Shown: positions 19,067 through 28,626, counted from the stretch's first letter. The stretch is 64,000 nucleotides of DNA from an uncultured Patescibacteria group bacterium (GCA_905478415.1 CAJQIG010000001.1:8818-72817), one strand, 5' to 3'. Notes: generated by a model from the letters alone, not told the origin. A program made the numbers and translations.

Positions 19067-20578
19067 ATGCAAATTTCTAAATCCGACTACATGCTCTTTC
19101 TTCGCCATCCTGCATGGTTGTGGCTAAAGAAGTATGACAAAAATAAATTACCTCCAGTTGATGACAATACGCAAGCCATGTTTGATGCAGGTCATGACTT
19201 TGAACAATATGCTGAAAGCCTATTTCCCAATGGGGTTCGACTTGGGTTCAATAACTATGATGAGTACTTGAGTTTACCTGCTCGGACTCAGCAAGCTTTA
19301 CAACAAGGCGCAGAAGTTATTTTTCAGGGAAGGTTTGAAGTTGATAGCTTAACTTGTATAACTGACGTATTGTTCAAGCATCCTGATGGCACTTTTGATC
19401 TAATTGAGATCAAAGCCAGCACCAAAGCTAAGCCAGAATATGAATATGATCTTGCTTTTCAACTCTTGGTATTAGAAAAAGCAGGTCTAAAGATCCGCAA
19501 TGTAGCTGTGATGCATGCAAACAAAGAATATGTGCGTGAGGGGGAAATTGATCCTGCTGGTTTGGTTGAAAAAACAGATATTACAGATAAAGTTCGCACC
19601 TTGATGAGCTCTACACTTTTACAAGTAGATATGGCTCTTGAAGTTTTGGCAAATAAAACTATGCCAGATGTTTCACCAAGATATATCAATCAACTTGGTA
19701 TTCCAAACAAATCATCACAATGGCTTGAAGAATGGATGGAGATTTTCAAAAACATCAAAGGTGAATATGACACCTATTCCATTTACAACCTTGCCTATCC
19801 AAGCCCTGAGCAACTTGGGAAACTAGAAGATCTTGGTATTTCTTCAATTCACGATATGACGGAAGACCAAGCTTTAAGAGATAAACAAAGGGTGCAGATT
19901 AGAACCACGAAAACTGGTCAACGAATTATTGATAAAGATAAGATTAAAGCTTTCTTGGATACATTCCAGTATCCACTTTACTTCTTTGATTACGAAACAC
20001 TCTCAACAGTAGTTCCTCAATTTGATGGTTATAGTCCATACAAGGATTATCCATTCCAATACTCATTACATGTAATTGAAAGCTCAGGTGCAGAAGTAAA
20101 ACACTTGGAGTATTTGCACAACCAAGCCAGTGATCCAATGCCAGGATTACTAGCTCAGCTTAAGCAAGATATTGGCGATTCTGGTACTGTGATTGCCTGG
20201 AACATGAGTTATGAAAAAGGTTGTAATGATCGAATGGCTGAGTTGTTTCCAGAATATGCAGATTTCCTGGCAGACCTTAATGATCGTATAGATGATTTGA
20301 TGACCCCTTTTGCCAAGATGTGGTTTTTTGACAAAGATTTCTTTGGCAGTGCCTCGGTCAAGAAAGTTATGCCCGTTTTAGCACCTGAGTTAAGCTACAA
20401 AGAGCTCAATGTTTCTGATGGCTTACTAGCTCGCAGAATGTGGACACAAACCGTTTTGGAAGGAAAAAACAGAGAAAGACGACCAATGATTTTGGATGAT
20501 TTAAGTCGTTACTGTACACTTGATACTTTTGCGATGGTGAGGATATTGGAGGAGTTAAGAAAGATTGTTACTACCTAG
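19067..20578 (+). CDS. RecB/Cas4-like PD-(D/E)xK nuclease fused to a DnaQ-like DEDDy 3'-5' exonuclease (DUF2779-like architecture)
   Basis: PD-(D/E)xK element FDLIEIKAST in the N-terminal half. C-terminal half has Exo I YFFDYETLS, Exo II-like VIAWNMSYE and Exo III YCTLDT (YxxxD). Confidence 0.5.
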   Translation: MQISKSDYMLFLRHPAWLWLKKYDKNKLPPVDDNTQAMFDAGHDFEQYAESLFPNGVRLGFNNYDEYLSLPARTQQALQQGAEVIFQGRFEVDSLTCITDVLFKHPDGTFDLIEIKASTKAKPEYEYDLAFQLLVLEKAGLKIRNVAVMHANKEYVREGEIDPAGLVEKTDITDKVRTLMSSTLLQVDMALEVLANKTMPDVSPRYINQLGIPNKSSQWLEEWMEIFKNIKGEYDTYSIYNLAYPSPEQLGKLEDLGISSIHDMTEDQALRDKQRVQIRTTKTGQRIIDKDKIKAFLDTFQYPLYFFDYETLSTVVPQFDGYSPYKDYPFQYSLHVIESSGAEVKHLEYLHNQASDPMPGLLAQLKQDIGDSGTVIAWNMSYEKGCNDRMAELFPEYADFLADLNDRIDDLMTPFAKMWFFDKDFFGSASVKKVMPVLAPELSYKELNVSDGLLARRMWTQTVLEGKNRERRPMILDDLSRYCTLDTFAMVRILEELRKIVTT

Positions 20579-20608
20579 TAAAAATGAAATGTAAGGTAAA
20601 ATTAAATT

Positions 20609-22858
20609 ATGGCTACATTATTTAAAGAGGTTAACTATAACTTATCAACACTGATTCAACAAATTGACTTAGGAATTATCGGATTACCCGACATTCAACG
20701 TCCTTTTGTATGGAAAGATACTAAAGTTAGAGATTTATTTGACTCTATGTATCGAGGGTATCCGGTTGGGTACTTCTTATTTTGGGCAAATGGTTATCAG
20801 GAAAATACTAAAACAATCGGTGATCAAAATAAACAAAAAGCAGCCCAGCTTCTTATTGTCGATGGACAGCAACGATTAACCTCACTTTTTGCTGTAATGA
20901 AGAGTAAAAGCATTATTCGTGAAAATTATGAAACAGAAAACATCGTTATTTCATTCAAGCCTCTTGAGGAGAAGTTTGAAATACCTGATGCTGCCACAAA
21001 AAGAAGTCCTGAATACATTCAAAATATATCTGAACTTTGGAGTCCAGATATTAACATCTTTTCATTCACTCAGAATTTTATCGAGAAACTACAACAAACT
21101 CGAGAACTATCTGGTCAGGAAATAAATCAAATTCAAGAATCAATCAGCAGACTAAAAAATTTGGAGCATTATCCATTTTCAGTTCTTGAACTATCAGCTG
21201 CTATTGATGAAGAACAAGTTGCTGATGTTTTTGTGAGAATTAATAGTCAAGGTAAAAAACTTAACACAACAGATTTTATCTTGACATTAATGTCTGTTTT
21301 CTGGGAGGAAGGAAGAAAAGATTTAGAAAACTTCTGTGCAAGCGCACGGCAACCAAACACAAGCGAAGCATCTGCATTCAATTACTTGATTACTCCAGAT
21401 CCAGAGCAAATGTTGAGAGTGAGCGTCGGTTTTGGTTTTAGAAGAGCAAGAATGAAGTATGTCTATAGTATCTTGAGGGGTAAAGATTTAGAAACTGAGG
21501 AATTTTCTGAAGAACGAAGAGATCAACAGTTTGAAAAATTAAAAAATGCTCAAGCAAAAGTCTTAAGTCTAACTAACTGGCATGAGTTCCTCAAAGCATT
21601 GCAAAGAGCAGGTTATGTACGCTCTGACTACATTAGTTCACAAGTAAATGTTCTTTATGTATACGCAATGTATTTAATTGGTAAGTATGATTTTGAGGTT
21701 CCACTGTTTGAACTGAGAGAAATAATTGCTAGATGGTTTTATATGACCTCACTTACAGGACGATATACTGGATCACCAGAATCTCAGATGGAGGCGGACT
21801 TGGCAAACTTAAGAGATATTTCTACAGCTGAAGAATTTGTTTCACTTCTGGATAAAATAATTGCAACTCAATTTACGAGTGACTTCTGGCAGATAAATCT
21901 TCCAAATGATTTAGCTACTAGTTCTTCAAGAAGTCCCTCTCTTTTTGCTTACTATGCTGCGCTAAATGTGTTGGATGCAAAGGGTTTGTTTTCTCAACTT
22001 AAGGTTTCAGATTTGCTTCATGCCGGATTGAAGTCAAATAAATCAGCACTAGAGAAGCATCATCTTTTCCCAAAAAATTACTTGGTGAACATAGGTATTG
22101 AAGATCAACGTGTTCGTAATCAAATTGCTAACTTTGCCTTAGTTGAATGGAGTGACAATATTAAGATTTCAGATAGTTCCCCGCAAGAGTATATGGAGAT
22201 CATGAAAGAACGATTCGATCATGATGAACTTCGTGAAATGTATTATTGGCACGCATTACCCGATGACTGGCAAAACATGAATTATGATGAATTTCTGGAG
22301 GTGAGAAGGCAAAAAATAGCAGATGTTATCCAAACTGGATATAACAAACTATCTAGCATAGATCCAGAGGTAGATGCTGAAATTACGTCAATAGATCAAT
22401 TAATTCAAGGTGGTGAGTCAGAAAATATCGAGTTTAAATCCACTATGCGCGTTAATCTCTATACAAATGCAAAAGATCAAAAAATTGAAATGGCTTTTCT
22501 AAAAACAATTGCAGCTTTTCTGAATACTAATGGAGGAGTACTTGTTGTCGGAGTAAATGATGATGGAGAGTCATTAGGCTTGGATCCTGATGGTTTTGAA
22601 AACAGTGATAAATTTTATCTACACGCTGTGAATCTTATTAGAGACAAAATGGGTTCAGAGAATGCTTTGTATATTCATCCTCAGTTTGAAGATTATGTGG
22701 GAAAGCAGATTTTCGTAGTTAAATGCAAACCTGCACTAAAACCTGTATATGTAAAAGACCAAGGTCAAGAAAAATTCTATGCAAGAACAGGAAATAGTAC
22801 TACTGAATTGAATGGTCGAGAGTTAGAGGACTATATTAATCTGAGGTTTAGAAGGTAG
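20609..22858 (+). CDS. GmrSD-type modification-dependent (type IV) restriction protein: DUF262 + DUF1524 with a C-terminal AlbA_2/Schlafen-like domain
   Basis: DUF262 DGQQRLTS motif at about residue 90; C-terminal HNH-like DUF1524 region (HHLFPKNYL...N...EW); terminal about 150 aa (SENIEFKSTMRVNLYT...GGVLVVGVNDDG) resemble the AlbA_2 putative DNA-binding domain. Confidence 0.7.
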   Translation: MATLFKEVNYNLSTLIQQIDLGIIGLPDIQRPFVWKDTKVRDLFDSMYRGYPVGYFLFWANGYQENTKTIGDQNKQKAAQLLIVDGQQRLTSLFAVMKSKSIIRENYETENIVISFKPLEEKFEIPDAATKRSPEYIQNISELWSPDINIFSFTQNFIEKLQQTRELSGQEINQIQESISRLKNLEHYPFSVLELSAAIDEEQVADVFVRINSQGKKLNTTDFILTLMSVFWEEGRKDLENFCASARQPNTSEASAFNYLITPDPEQMLRVSVGFGFRRARMKYVYSILRGKDLETEEFSEERRDQQFEKLKNAQAKVLSLTNWHEFLKALQRAGYVRSDYISSQVNVLYVYAMYLIGKYDFEVPLFELREIIARWFYMTSLTGRYTGSPESQMEADLANLRDISTAEEFVSLLDKIIATQFTSDFWQINLPNDLATSSSRSPSLFAYYAALNVLDAKGLFSQLKVSDLLHAGLKSNKSALEKHHLFPKNYLVNIGIEDQRVRNQIANFALVEWSDNIKISDSSPQEYMEIMKERFDHDELREMYYWHALPDDWQNMNYDEFLEVRRQKIADVIQTGYNKLSSIDPEVDAEITSIDQLIQGGESENIEFKSTMRVNLYTNAKDQKIEMAFLKTIAAFLNTNGGVLVVGVNDDGESLGLDPDGFENSDKFYLHAVNLIRDKMGSENALYIHPQFEDYVGKQIFVVKCKPALKPVYVKDQGQEKFYARTGNSTTELNGRELEDYINLRFRR

Positions 22859-22861
22859 TGT

Positions 22862-23233
22862 ATGAAAATTGATGAAGCTGTAATTGCGTTTAAACTAAAT
22901 AAAACCTACAAACCCACAATGACTCCGATGCAACTCTATGATGCAACAAGGCATTCATGGAAGGTGGGAGAAAGAAGAAACTCAGCAGAGTATGCTTTTG
23001 CTGTATTTCAGGGAGAAGTTAAGGAAGTATACAAAATTGCTATTTGGCTTCCTCAAAACTCAACATTAAATACGAAAGATAAGGAAAACATTGAGGATAA
23101 AACTATAAATACTGATAGATGGGAATTTGTTGGTACAATTGCACCTGAGAAAATCAGATATAAATATATTGGAAAAGATATATCTGATTTTTTCAAAAGT
23201 AAACAAAATCCAGTTGCTTATATCAACTGCTAA
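22862..23233 (+). CDS. hypothetical 123-aa protein tightly linked (3-nt gap) to the GmrSD-like gene
   Basis: ORF only; no recognisable motif. Confidence 0.35.
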   Translation: MKIDEAVIAFKLNKTYKPTMTPMQLYDATRHSWKVGERRNSAEYAFAVFQGEVKEVYKIAIWLPQNSTLNTKDKENIEDKTINTDRWEFVGTIAPEKIRYKYIGKDISDFFKSKQNPVAYINC

Positions 23234-23685
23234 AACACTTTAAATTCAATAGCAATGCCAGCATTCTCACAAACTTTTGCTATAAAACTATCTCGATCTG
23301 CTCTTCTCGATTGTTTATGGGTGAAATCATTAAGCTCGATTAACTGAACTGTCTCAAGTGTATTTTTATCAACGAGTACAAAATCAATAGATTTTTTGTT
23401 GATTTTATTCCAATGCGTATAGAAGTTTTTTTGATCCGTTGTTTTTACGAGTTTATCCAGCTTAACCTGTGGGAAGATGTAATAATTTTGTGCATACTGC
23501 TGTTCTAGCTGACGAAAGTATTTTTGTTCGGAGGGAGTCATGATTGAATGAGTTTTTTCATACGGTAAGTACGAGTCCTTATTAGCTTTTAAAGCACGTT
23601 TTAAAAGTCTGAAAAGAACAGCTATAGTAAAAAGCGCTAGTAAATATGGAAACAGTGAAATAAGTGGTTGAAACAAATCTGACAT
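23230..23685 (-). CDS. DUF2726-like (NERD/PD-(D/E)xK-like) domain protein with N-terminal membrane anchor
   Basis: N-terminal TM (LISLFPYLLALFTIAVLF), then SIDFVLVD ... LIELND ... R.DRD pattern recalled as typical of DUF2726. Confidence 0.45.
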   Translation of the reverse strand: MSDLFQPLISLFPYLLALFTIAVLFRLLKRALKANKDSYLPYEKTHSIMTPSEQKYFRQLEQQYAQNYYIFPQVKLDKLVKTTDQKNFYTHWNKINKKSIDFVLVDKNTLETVQLIELNDFTHKQSRRADRDSFIAKVCENAGIAIEFKVF

Positions 23686-23847
23686 AGATTCAGTATAGCA
23701 ATCTCTTGAGTTTTAGTGTGGAGCAATGAGTTTAATACTTATTTGCTCTAAGAGATTAATGGGTTGTCGTATCTCCCATCACACTATTGATATAAAGAAA
23801 CAAAAGAACAATATGTTAGTAGTAAATCTGATAGAATGTGAGTACTT

Positions 23848-24345
23848 ATGAAAATTACTAAATTACCAATGTCAAGGTGGCTCGATTATAAAAACCTCTA
23901 TATGGAGTCCATTGCTAATTCACCACAAGCATTTTTGTGGACTAAAGAAGAAATAGGTTCGAAAGAAGATTCCGAGTGGCAAGGTAGAATAAAAAATATG
24001 TTTTTTGCAATTACTGGTGATGAAAAACTTGTCGGTATGGCTGGGTTTTATTGTGAGGAAAAGAAAAAACTGGCACATATAGCAAACATCGTACGTGTAT
24101 ATGTGAGCCCAGAATGTAGAGGAAAAGGAATTGGGAAACAATTACTATTGACTGTTATTGAAGATATAAAATCTAAGCCAGAGATAAAGAAACTTCAATT
24201 AGGAGTCATTGCTACTCAAAATGCTGCTTATAACTTATACAAATCAGTTGGTTTTAAAAAAATAGGTGAACAAAAAATGGCTATAAGTGTTGACGATGAA
24301 TTCTATGATAAATATTTATTGGAAATGATATTAAATGAAGACTAG
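23848..24345 (+). CDS. GNAT-family N-acetyltransferase
   Basis: Acetyl-CoA binding motif VYVSPECRGKGIGKQLL. Confidence 0.7.
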   Translation: MKITKLPMSRWLDYKNLYMESIANSPQAFLWTKEEIGSKEDSEWQGRIKNMFFAITGDEKLVGMAGFYCEEKKKLAHIANIVRVYVSPECRGKGIGKQLLLTVIEDIKSKPEIKKLQLGVIATQNAAYNLYKSVGFKKIGEQKMAISVDDEFYDKYLLEMILNED

Positions 24346-24462
24346 TACTTCATTGATACAATAATGACTTCTCAGTAGAAAAACTCTTATACTGAAAAGT
24401 TACTGCCTAATTGCTTTGAGAGTTTCTCAGAGCAATTCGAATTATTATTAAAAGATTAAAAA

Positions 24463-24507
24463 GAGATGCTACATGACTCAATCAATCGTTTGATCAAATA
24501 AAGTCAT
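24463..24507. terminator. bidirectional hairpin terminator between convergent GNAT and sugar-operon genes
   Basis: Perfect 11-bp inverted repeat gctacatgact ... agtcatgtagc around a palindromic tttgatcaaa core; on the minus strand followed by ctcttttt. Confidence 0.5.
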
Positions 24508-24541
24508 GTAGCGGTTTGTTAGTCTGTCTCTTTGGATTTAA

Positions 24542-25483
24542 CTATTCGTCATGCTGGTGCGAATACCATTTGACGAGTTTATTTAATCCTTGTTCTAAAG
24601 ATATTGTCGGTTTCCAATTTAGCATATTCATGCTTTTTGTACTGCATACACTGTAACGAAAATCTTGGCCGAGTCTATCTGGTATATACTCGACTGCTGT
24701 TTCTAGCTTTTTGCTCATGATTTTGGCAACAATACTCACCACTTCGAGGTTCGTATGTTCAGCTTCCATCCCTAAAGCAAAAGATTCGCCATGAAATGAC
24801 GAATGTAAAATTTTCATTACACCTTGAACGGCATCACTAACATGTAGCCATGTTCTGATTTGATTTCCATCACCATGAAGACCCATGCGTTCGTTCGCCA
24901 TGAATCGTACAATGGTTTTAGGGATCAGACGCTCTGGGTACATCCAAGGGCCGTAAAGATTTGTAAAGTGAACGATGTTGTAATTTAGGTTGAAGGTATT
25001 TCCAAATGATCGTACCAAGTGGTCGCCTGCTGCTTTAGTTGCAGCATATGGATTTCTTGGCAGGTATGGAGAATCTTCTGTGAATGATCCTTCAAGGATA
25101 TCACCCCAAACTTCATCGGTTGATGCATGTATTAATCTGCAACGAAAACCATCTTGTTTGATAGCCTCAAGTAAGCTTAACACACCCAGAACGTTTGTAT
25201 CAACGAATGGGCGTGCATTGCTAATTGAGTTATCAACAAAGGCTTGTGCCGCAAGGTTAATAACAACATCAGATTGACGAACTAGCCCGCGCATCAAATT
25301 GGTATCACAGATATCACCTTTGATAAAGGATGATTTGTTACCCAATTTTTCGATCACAGGTAAATTTGCCGTGTAACAAAGGTTGTCAACAATGATGATT
25401 TTTGTTACAGCTTCGTCTTTTTCAAGTAGCTCAAGCAGGTTTGATCCCACAAAGCCAAGTCCACCAGTCAATAGAATTCTCAT
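24542..25483 (-). CDS. NAD-dependent epimerase/dehydratase (extended SDR; dTDP-glucose 4,6-dehydratase-like)
   Basis: Rossmann GGLGFVGSNL, catalytic YAATK (YxxxK), 313 aa. Confidence 0.75.
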   Translation of the reverse strand: MRILLTGGLGFVGSNLLELLEKDEAVTKIIIVDNLCYTANLPVIEKLGNKSSFIKGDICDTNLMRGLVRQSDVVINLAAQAFVDNSISNARPFVDTNVLGVLSLLEAIKQDGFRCRLIHASTDEVWGDILEGSFTEDSPYLPRNPYAATKAAGDHLVRSFGNTFNLNYNIVHFTNLYGPWMYPERLIPKTIVRFMANERMGLHGDGNQIRTWLHVSDAVQGVMKILHSSFHGESFALGMEAEHTNLEVVSIVAKIMSKKLETAVEYIPDRLGQDFRYSVCSTKSMNMLNWKPTISLEQGLNKLVKWYSHQHDE

Positions 25484-25494
25484 TCCTGCACCTT

Positions 25495-26760
25495 TTAGAT
25501 TTGGGCTAAAGCTTCATATTCTTCTTCTGAAAGAATAGAGACTTTACTGGTTACGGTATCGAACATAAAGCCAAAACCATTTTCCTTACGGAGACGGTAT
25601 TGACCTTTGTTGGCCGTAAAGATTGGTTTGAAAGTTTCCAGTGTTTGTCCATAATCAAACAAAGGAAGATGGCCAATTACAATTTCATCTAGTTCCTCAT
25701 ATTCTCGCTCTGAAATAGCAACTGCCACATCTTGATTTGATGCTCCAACTTCTGCAATATCTTGCTGAATCAGCTCGATATTATCACCAATATGGAATTT
25801 TCTGGTTACTTCTTCTTCTGTTGTGAAACGGTGTTGCAACCAGTTGGTGACTTTAGGGCCATATCCGTCAAAGATTTGAGTCAATGGAGTTTCATTAATG
25901 TTGCCCAATGTTTCATCAAATCGCCACGTGCGACCCCAAGTGCAGATATTTGTGCGCACATTTCCATCAGGACGCACAATGGTTAACCACCCTTTGAAGC
26001 GCTCAACAAATTTATGCATGTTCAACGTTCGACTGGTCATTTCATTAACCAACGTATCATTGAAAACAAGCAAAAATTGTGAGGGATCTATGTGTGCATT
26101 CATACTATCTGCTTCCATTTTGATTTTGGTAAATTGATCCTGTGTCAATCCATCAAAACCATTCATGGCATGGCCGGTAAAGCACACTGGGGTTAGGTGA
26201 TGTTGACGTACGCCAATTTTCATTAACAGCTCTGTTAATTCTTGCCACCCAATATGGGAATTTTGGTCAAGAACGCTGATCACTGTAATGTTATCAACAA
26301 CATCTTTCAGTCGTTGTAGGTTTGTAATTGTGCGTTGGTACATACCCTTACCACGGTTACGGTCATGAGAATCTTCTAGACCATCTAAACTGACAATAAT
26401 GCGTTTGAGATTTTTAGTTCTCTCCAGAATTGCCAGAGTTCGATCAGTTACGGTTGTGGCATTGGTAATAATTTGCAGACTGGTAAAATCAAGGTCTTGC
26501 GAAGCATCTGCGAGTGCTTCTAAGCCTTGCCACATAAGTGGTTCCCCACCTGTTACATTAATATCAAAGCAACGCATTGCTTCTGCCGTTGCCAAGATTT
26601 CTGGAACTTTGTCTGCTGAAACTGCTGGGCCTTTATAGAAGGGGCCAGCAGAGGCATGACAGTACCAACAAGATAAATTGCATTTTCTTGTTGTATCCAG
26701 ATTAATATGAATGGGGGTTGAGGGTTGATCTAACGTAAATATTCTGCCATTTGTGTTCAT
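25495..26760 (-). CDS. radical SAM domain protein
   Basis: CxxxCxxC cluster CNLSCWYC near the N-terminus, GGEP motif; a C-terminal about 200 aa extension with few Cys, so not a typical SPASM domain. Confidence 0.7.
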   Translation of the reverse strand: MNTNGRIFTLDQPSTPIHINLDTTRKCNLSCWYCHASAGPFYKGPAVSADKVPEILATAEAMRCFDINVTGGEPLMWQGLEALADASQDLDFTSLQIITNATTVTDRTLAILERTKNLKRIIVSLDGLEDSHDRNRGKGMYQRTITNLQRLKDVVDNITVISVLDQNSHIGWQELTELLMKIGVRQHHLTPVCFTGHAMNGFDGLTQDQFTKIKMEADSMNAHIDPSQFLLVFNDTLVNEMTSRTLNMHKFVERFKGWLTIVRPDGNVRTNICTWGRTWRFDETLGNINETPLTQIFDGYGPKVTNWLQHRFTTEEEVTRKFHIGDNIELIQQDIAEVGASNQDVAVAISEREYEELDEIVIGHLPLFDYGQTLETFKPIFTANKGQYRLRKENGFGFMFDTVTSKVSILSEEEYEALAQI

Positions 26761-26795
26761 TTTTTATTTCACCTTTTGTTTGAACTTTGAAAAGA

Positions 26796-27746
26796 TCAGG
26801 ATAGTTCTTCTGTCCAGAAAGTAATCATGCTTTGGACAAGGTCAGAAAGATGCAAAGCAGGTTCCCAACCAAGCATACGGAGTTTTGAGTTGTCGCCACC
26901 AGATACAGCATCAGGGCCATATCGAGTAATTGACGGATCAACAACAATGTTTGGAGCAACTCCAGTTTGTTTTGCAAGTTCATCAATAAATGCTTCCAGT
27001 GTTAGGTCTTCGCCATAACAAACGTTATACGCTTCACCTGTAACACCATTTTGCAGTATAGCGAAACTTGCATCGGCCCAGTTAACAGCTTGTTGTACAT
27101 CTCGTGCGTAATGCAAACTGGGAATTTGGATATCAATAGCATTCACACCATCCAATTTTGCCTGTACCATTGTTTTTGCAATGGTTGGATGAATACCACT
27201 TACTCGGCCGGGACCATTATGGTTATAAACAACGGCCTCTACAATATCTAAGCCAAATTGTTTCTGATAAGCATGTCCCAAAATACGGTCGTACATTTTA
27301 GATGCTGAATACGCATCTTTAGAACGCACTGGGGCATTTTCATCTTTTTTATTGGCAGGTCCACCATAGAGTGCGGCTGAAGTGGTGATTAAAACTCGTG
27401 CATCACTTGCATACAGACGCACAGCCTCTAAAATGGACAGTGTACATAATCCATTGTTGCGCAAAGTCAATGCGGGTGTTTTGTGTTCACCCTGATAAAC
27501 TTTCGCGGCAAGATGGATAACAAACTTGGGCTGGAATTCTTGTAAGATTGTATCAATTTCGCTATCGAGTGCTGTGAGGTCACAAACACGTCCAGTGAAA
27601 CCTGAATATGTTTCTTCCAAAGCAAGCAACTTTTCAGCATTACGGCCAATGCCTACAACTTGATAGCCTTCGGCAATTGCTTTTTCAATATGATACTTTC
27701 CACTAAAACCAGTTACACCCGTGATTAAAACAGTTGTTTGTGTCAT
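26796..27746 (-). CDS. NAD-dependent epimerase/dehydratase (extended SDR)
   Basis: Rossmann GVTGFSGKY, catalytic YSASK, 316 aa. Confidence 0.75.
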   Translation of the reverse strand: MTQTTVLITGVTGFSGKYHIEKAIAEGYQVVGIGRNAEKLLALEETYSGFTGRVCDLTALDSEIDTILQEFQPKFVIHLAAKVYQGEHKTPALTLRNNGLCTLSILEAVRLYASDARVLITTSAALYGGPANKKDENAPVRSKDAYSASKMYDRILGHAYQKQFGLDIVEAVVYNHNGPGRVSGIHPTIAKTMVQAKLDGVNAIDIQIPSLHYARDVQQAVNWADASFAILQNGVTGEAYNVCYGEDLTLEAFIDELAKQTGVAPNIVVDPSITRYGPDAVSGGDNSKLRMLGWEPALHLSDLVQSMITFWTEELS

Positions 27747-27924
27747 TTTCTATTTCACCTTTTGTTTGAGTTTGTTTGAAATTATCTTTATCTTCAATTT
27801 TTAACGAACAATATCTGTGTGAACAGACTAACAGCCGATAATTATAACACAAAAGGACTAATTTTACTCAAGTAAAATAAAAAATATGTGATAATTTTGA
27901 GAAAATATGAAAAATTATTATGAC

Positions 27925-28410
27925 TTATTTATTGTTTTTGATTAGATCAACAACATTCCAACATGATTTATGAATATCATTGATGTCTAGTTTATCCAAG
28001 TCAAAAAAGTTGATTTCAACTGATTCAGTATCTATGATTTTCAGATTTCCACCAACTTTTTTTACAAGGTAAAAAACTAAAATTCCATGAGCATCTTCAG
28101 CACCTGTAGTAAAAAAACTATCCTCAACTGATAGCAATTTATCCAGTTCAACATCTAAGCCTGTTTCTTCTTTGAATTCTCTAATAAGAGCTACAGGAAT
28201 TGTTTCATCAATTTCAACACCGCCACCAGGTAAGTCAAATTTATCTATTGAAGGATGGCGCTTAAATAAAATCTTGTTATCTTCTATTAAAACCCCATAG
28301 GCACTTGCTCTAAACTTAAAGTTTGCTAAGTTTCTTTCATGTTTATTTCCTGCAAAATCGTATGCAGTGATAGTTTTGTTTTTTGGTGTGTTAAATAGTG
28401 TATCTTCCAT
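27925..28410 (-). CDS. NUDIX hydrolase
   Basis: Nudix box GGGVEIDETIPVALIREFKEETGL. Confidence 0.75.
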   Translation of the reverse strand: MEDTLFNTPKNKTITAYDFAGNKHERNLANFKFRASAYGVLIEDNKILFKRHPSIDKFDLPGGGVEIDETIPVALIREFKEETGLDVELDKLLSVEDSFFTTGAEDAHGILVFYLVKKVGGNLKIIDTESVEINFFDLDKLDINDIHKSCWNVVDLIKNNK

Positions 28411-28481
28411 ATCAATTCCTAGCTGAACATTACATTATAAGATTCTACACTTCACTGGGTTTTTAATAAAGAATAGAAATT

Positions 28482-28600
28482 AGGGGTCTTACCCCTCATT
28501 TTGCAAGGGCTATAGCAAGTCTCGACTGAAAGTCGGGACCCTTGCAAAACTCACCCCGCTTTTAAAGCTCCATGTAATGGAAGCAGGCTAACCTGCTTCC
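28482..28600 (+). promoter_or_regulatory. hairpin-rich leader upstream of the ArdC-like gene (candidate ssDNA promoter, oriT-associated structure or small RNA)
   Basis: Four stable stem-loops: aggggt/acccct; 11-bp stem ttttgcaaggg/cccttgcaaaa enclosing a 9-bp stem gtctcgact-gaa-agtcgggac; ccat-gta-atgg; 9-bp stem ggaagcagg-ctaa-cctgcttcc. Confidence 0.4.
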
Positions 28601-28626
28601 AATTACAAAATTTTAAAGGGGGAAAA

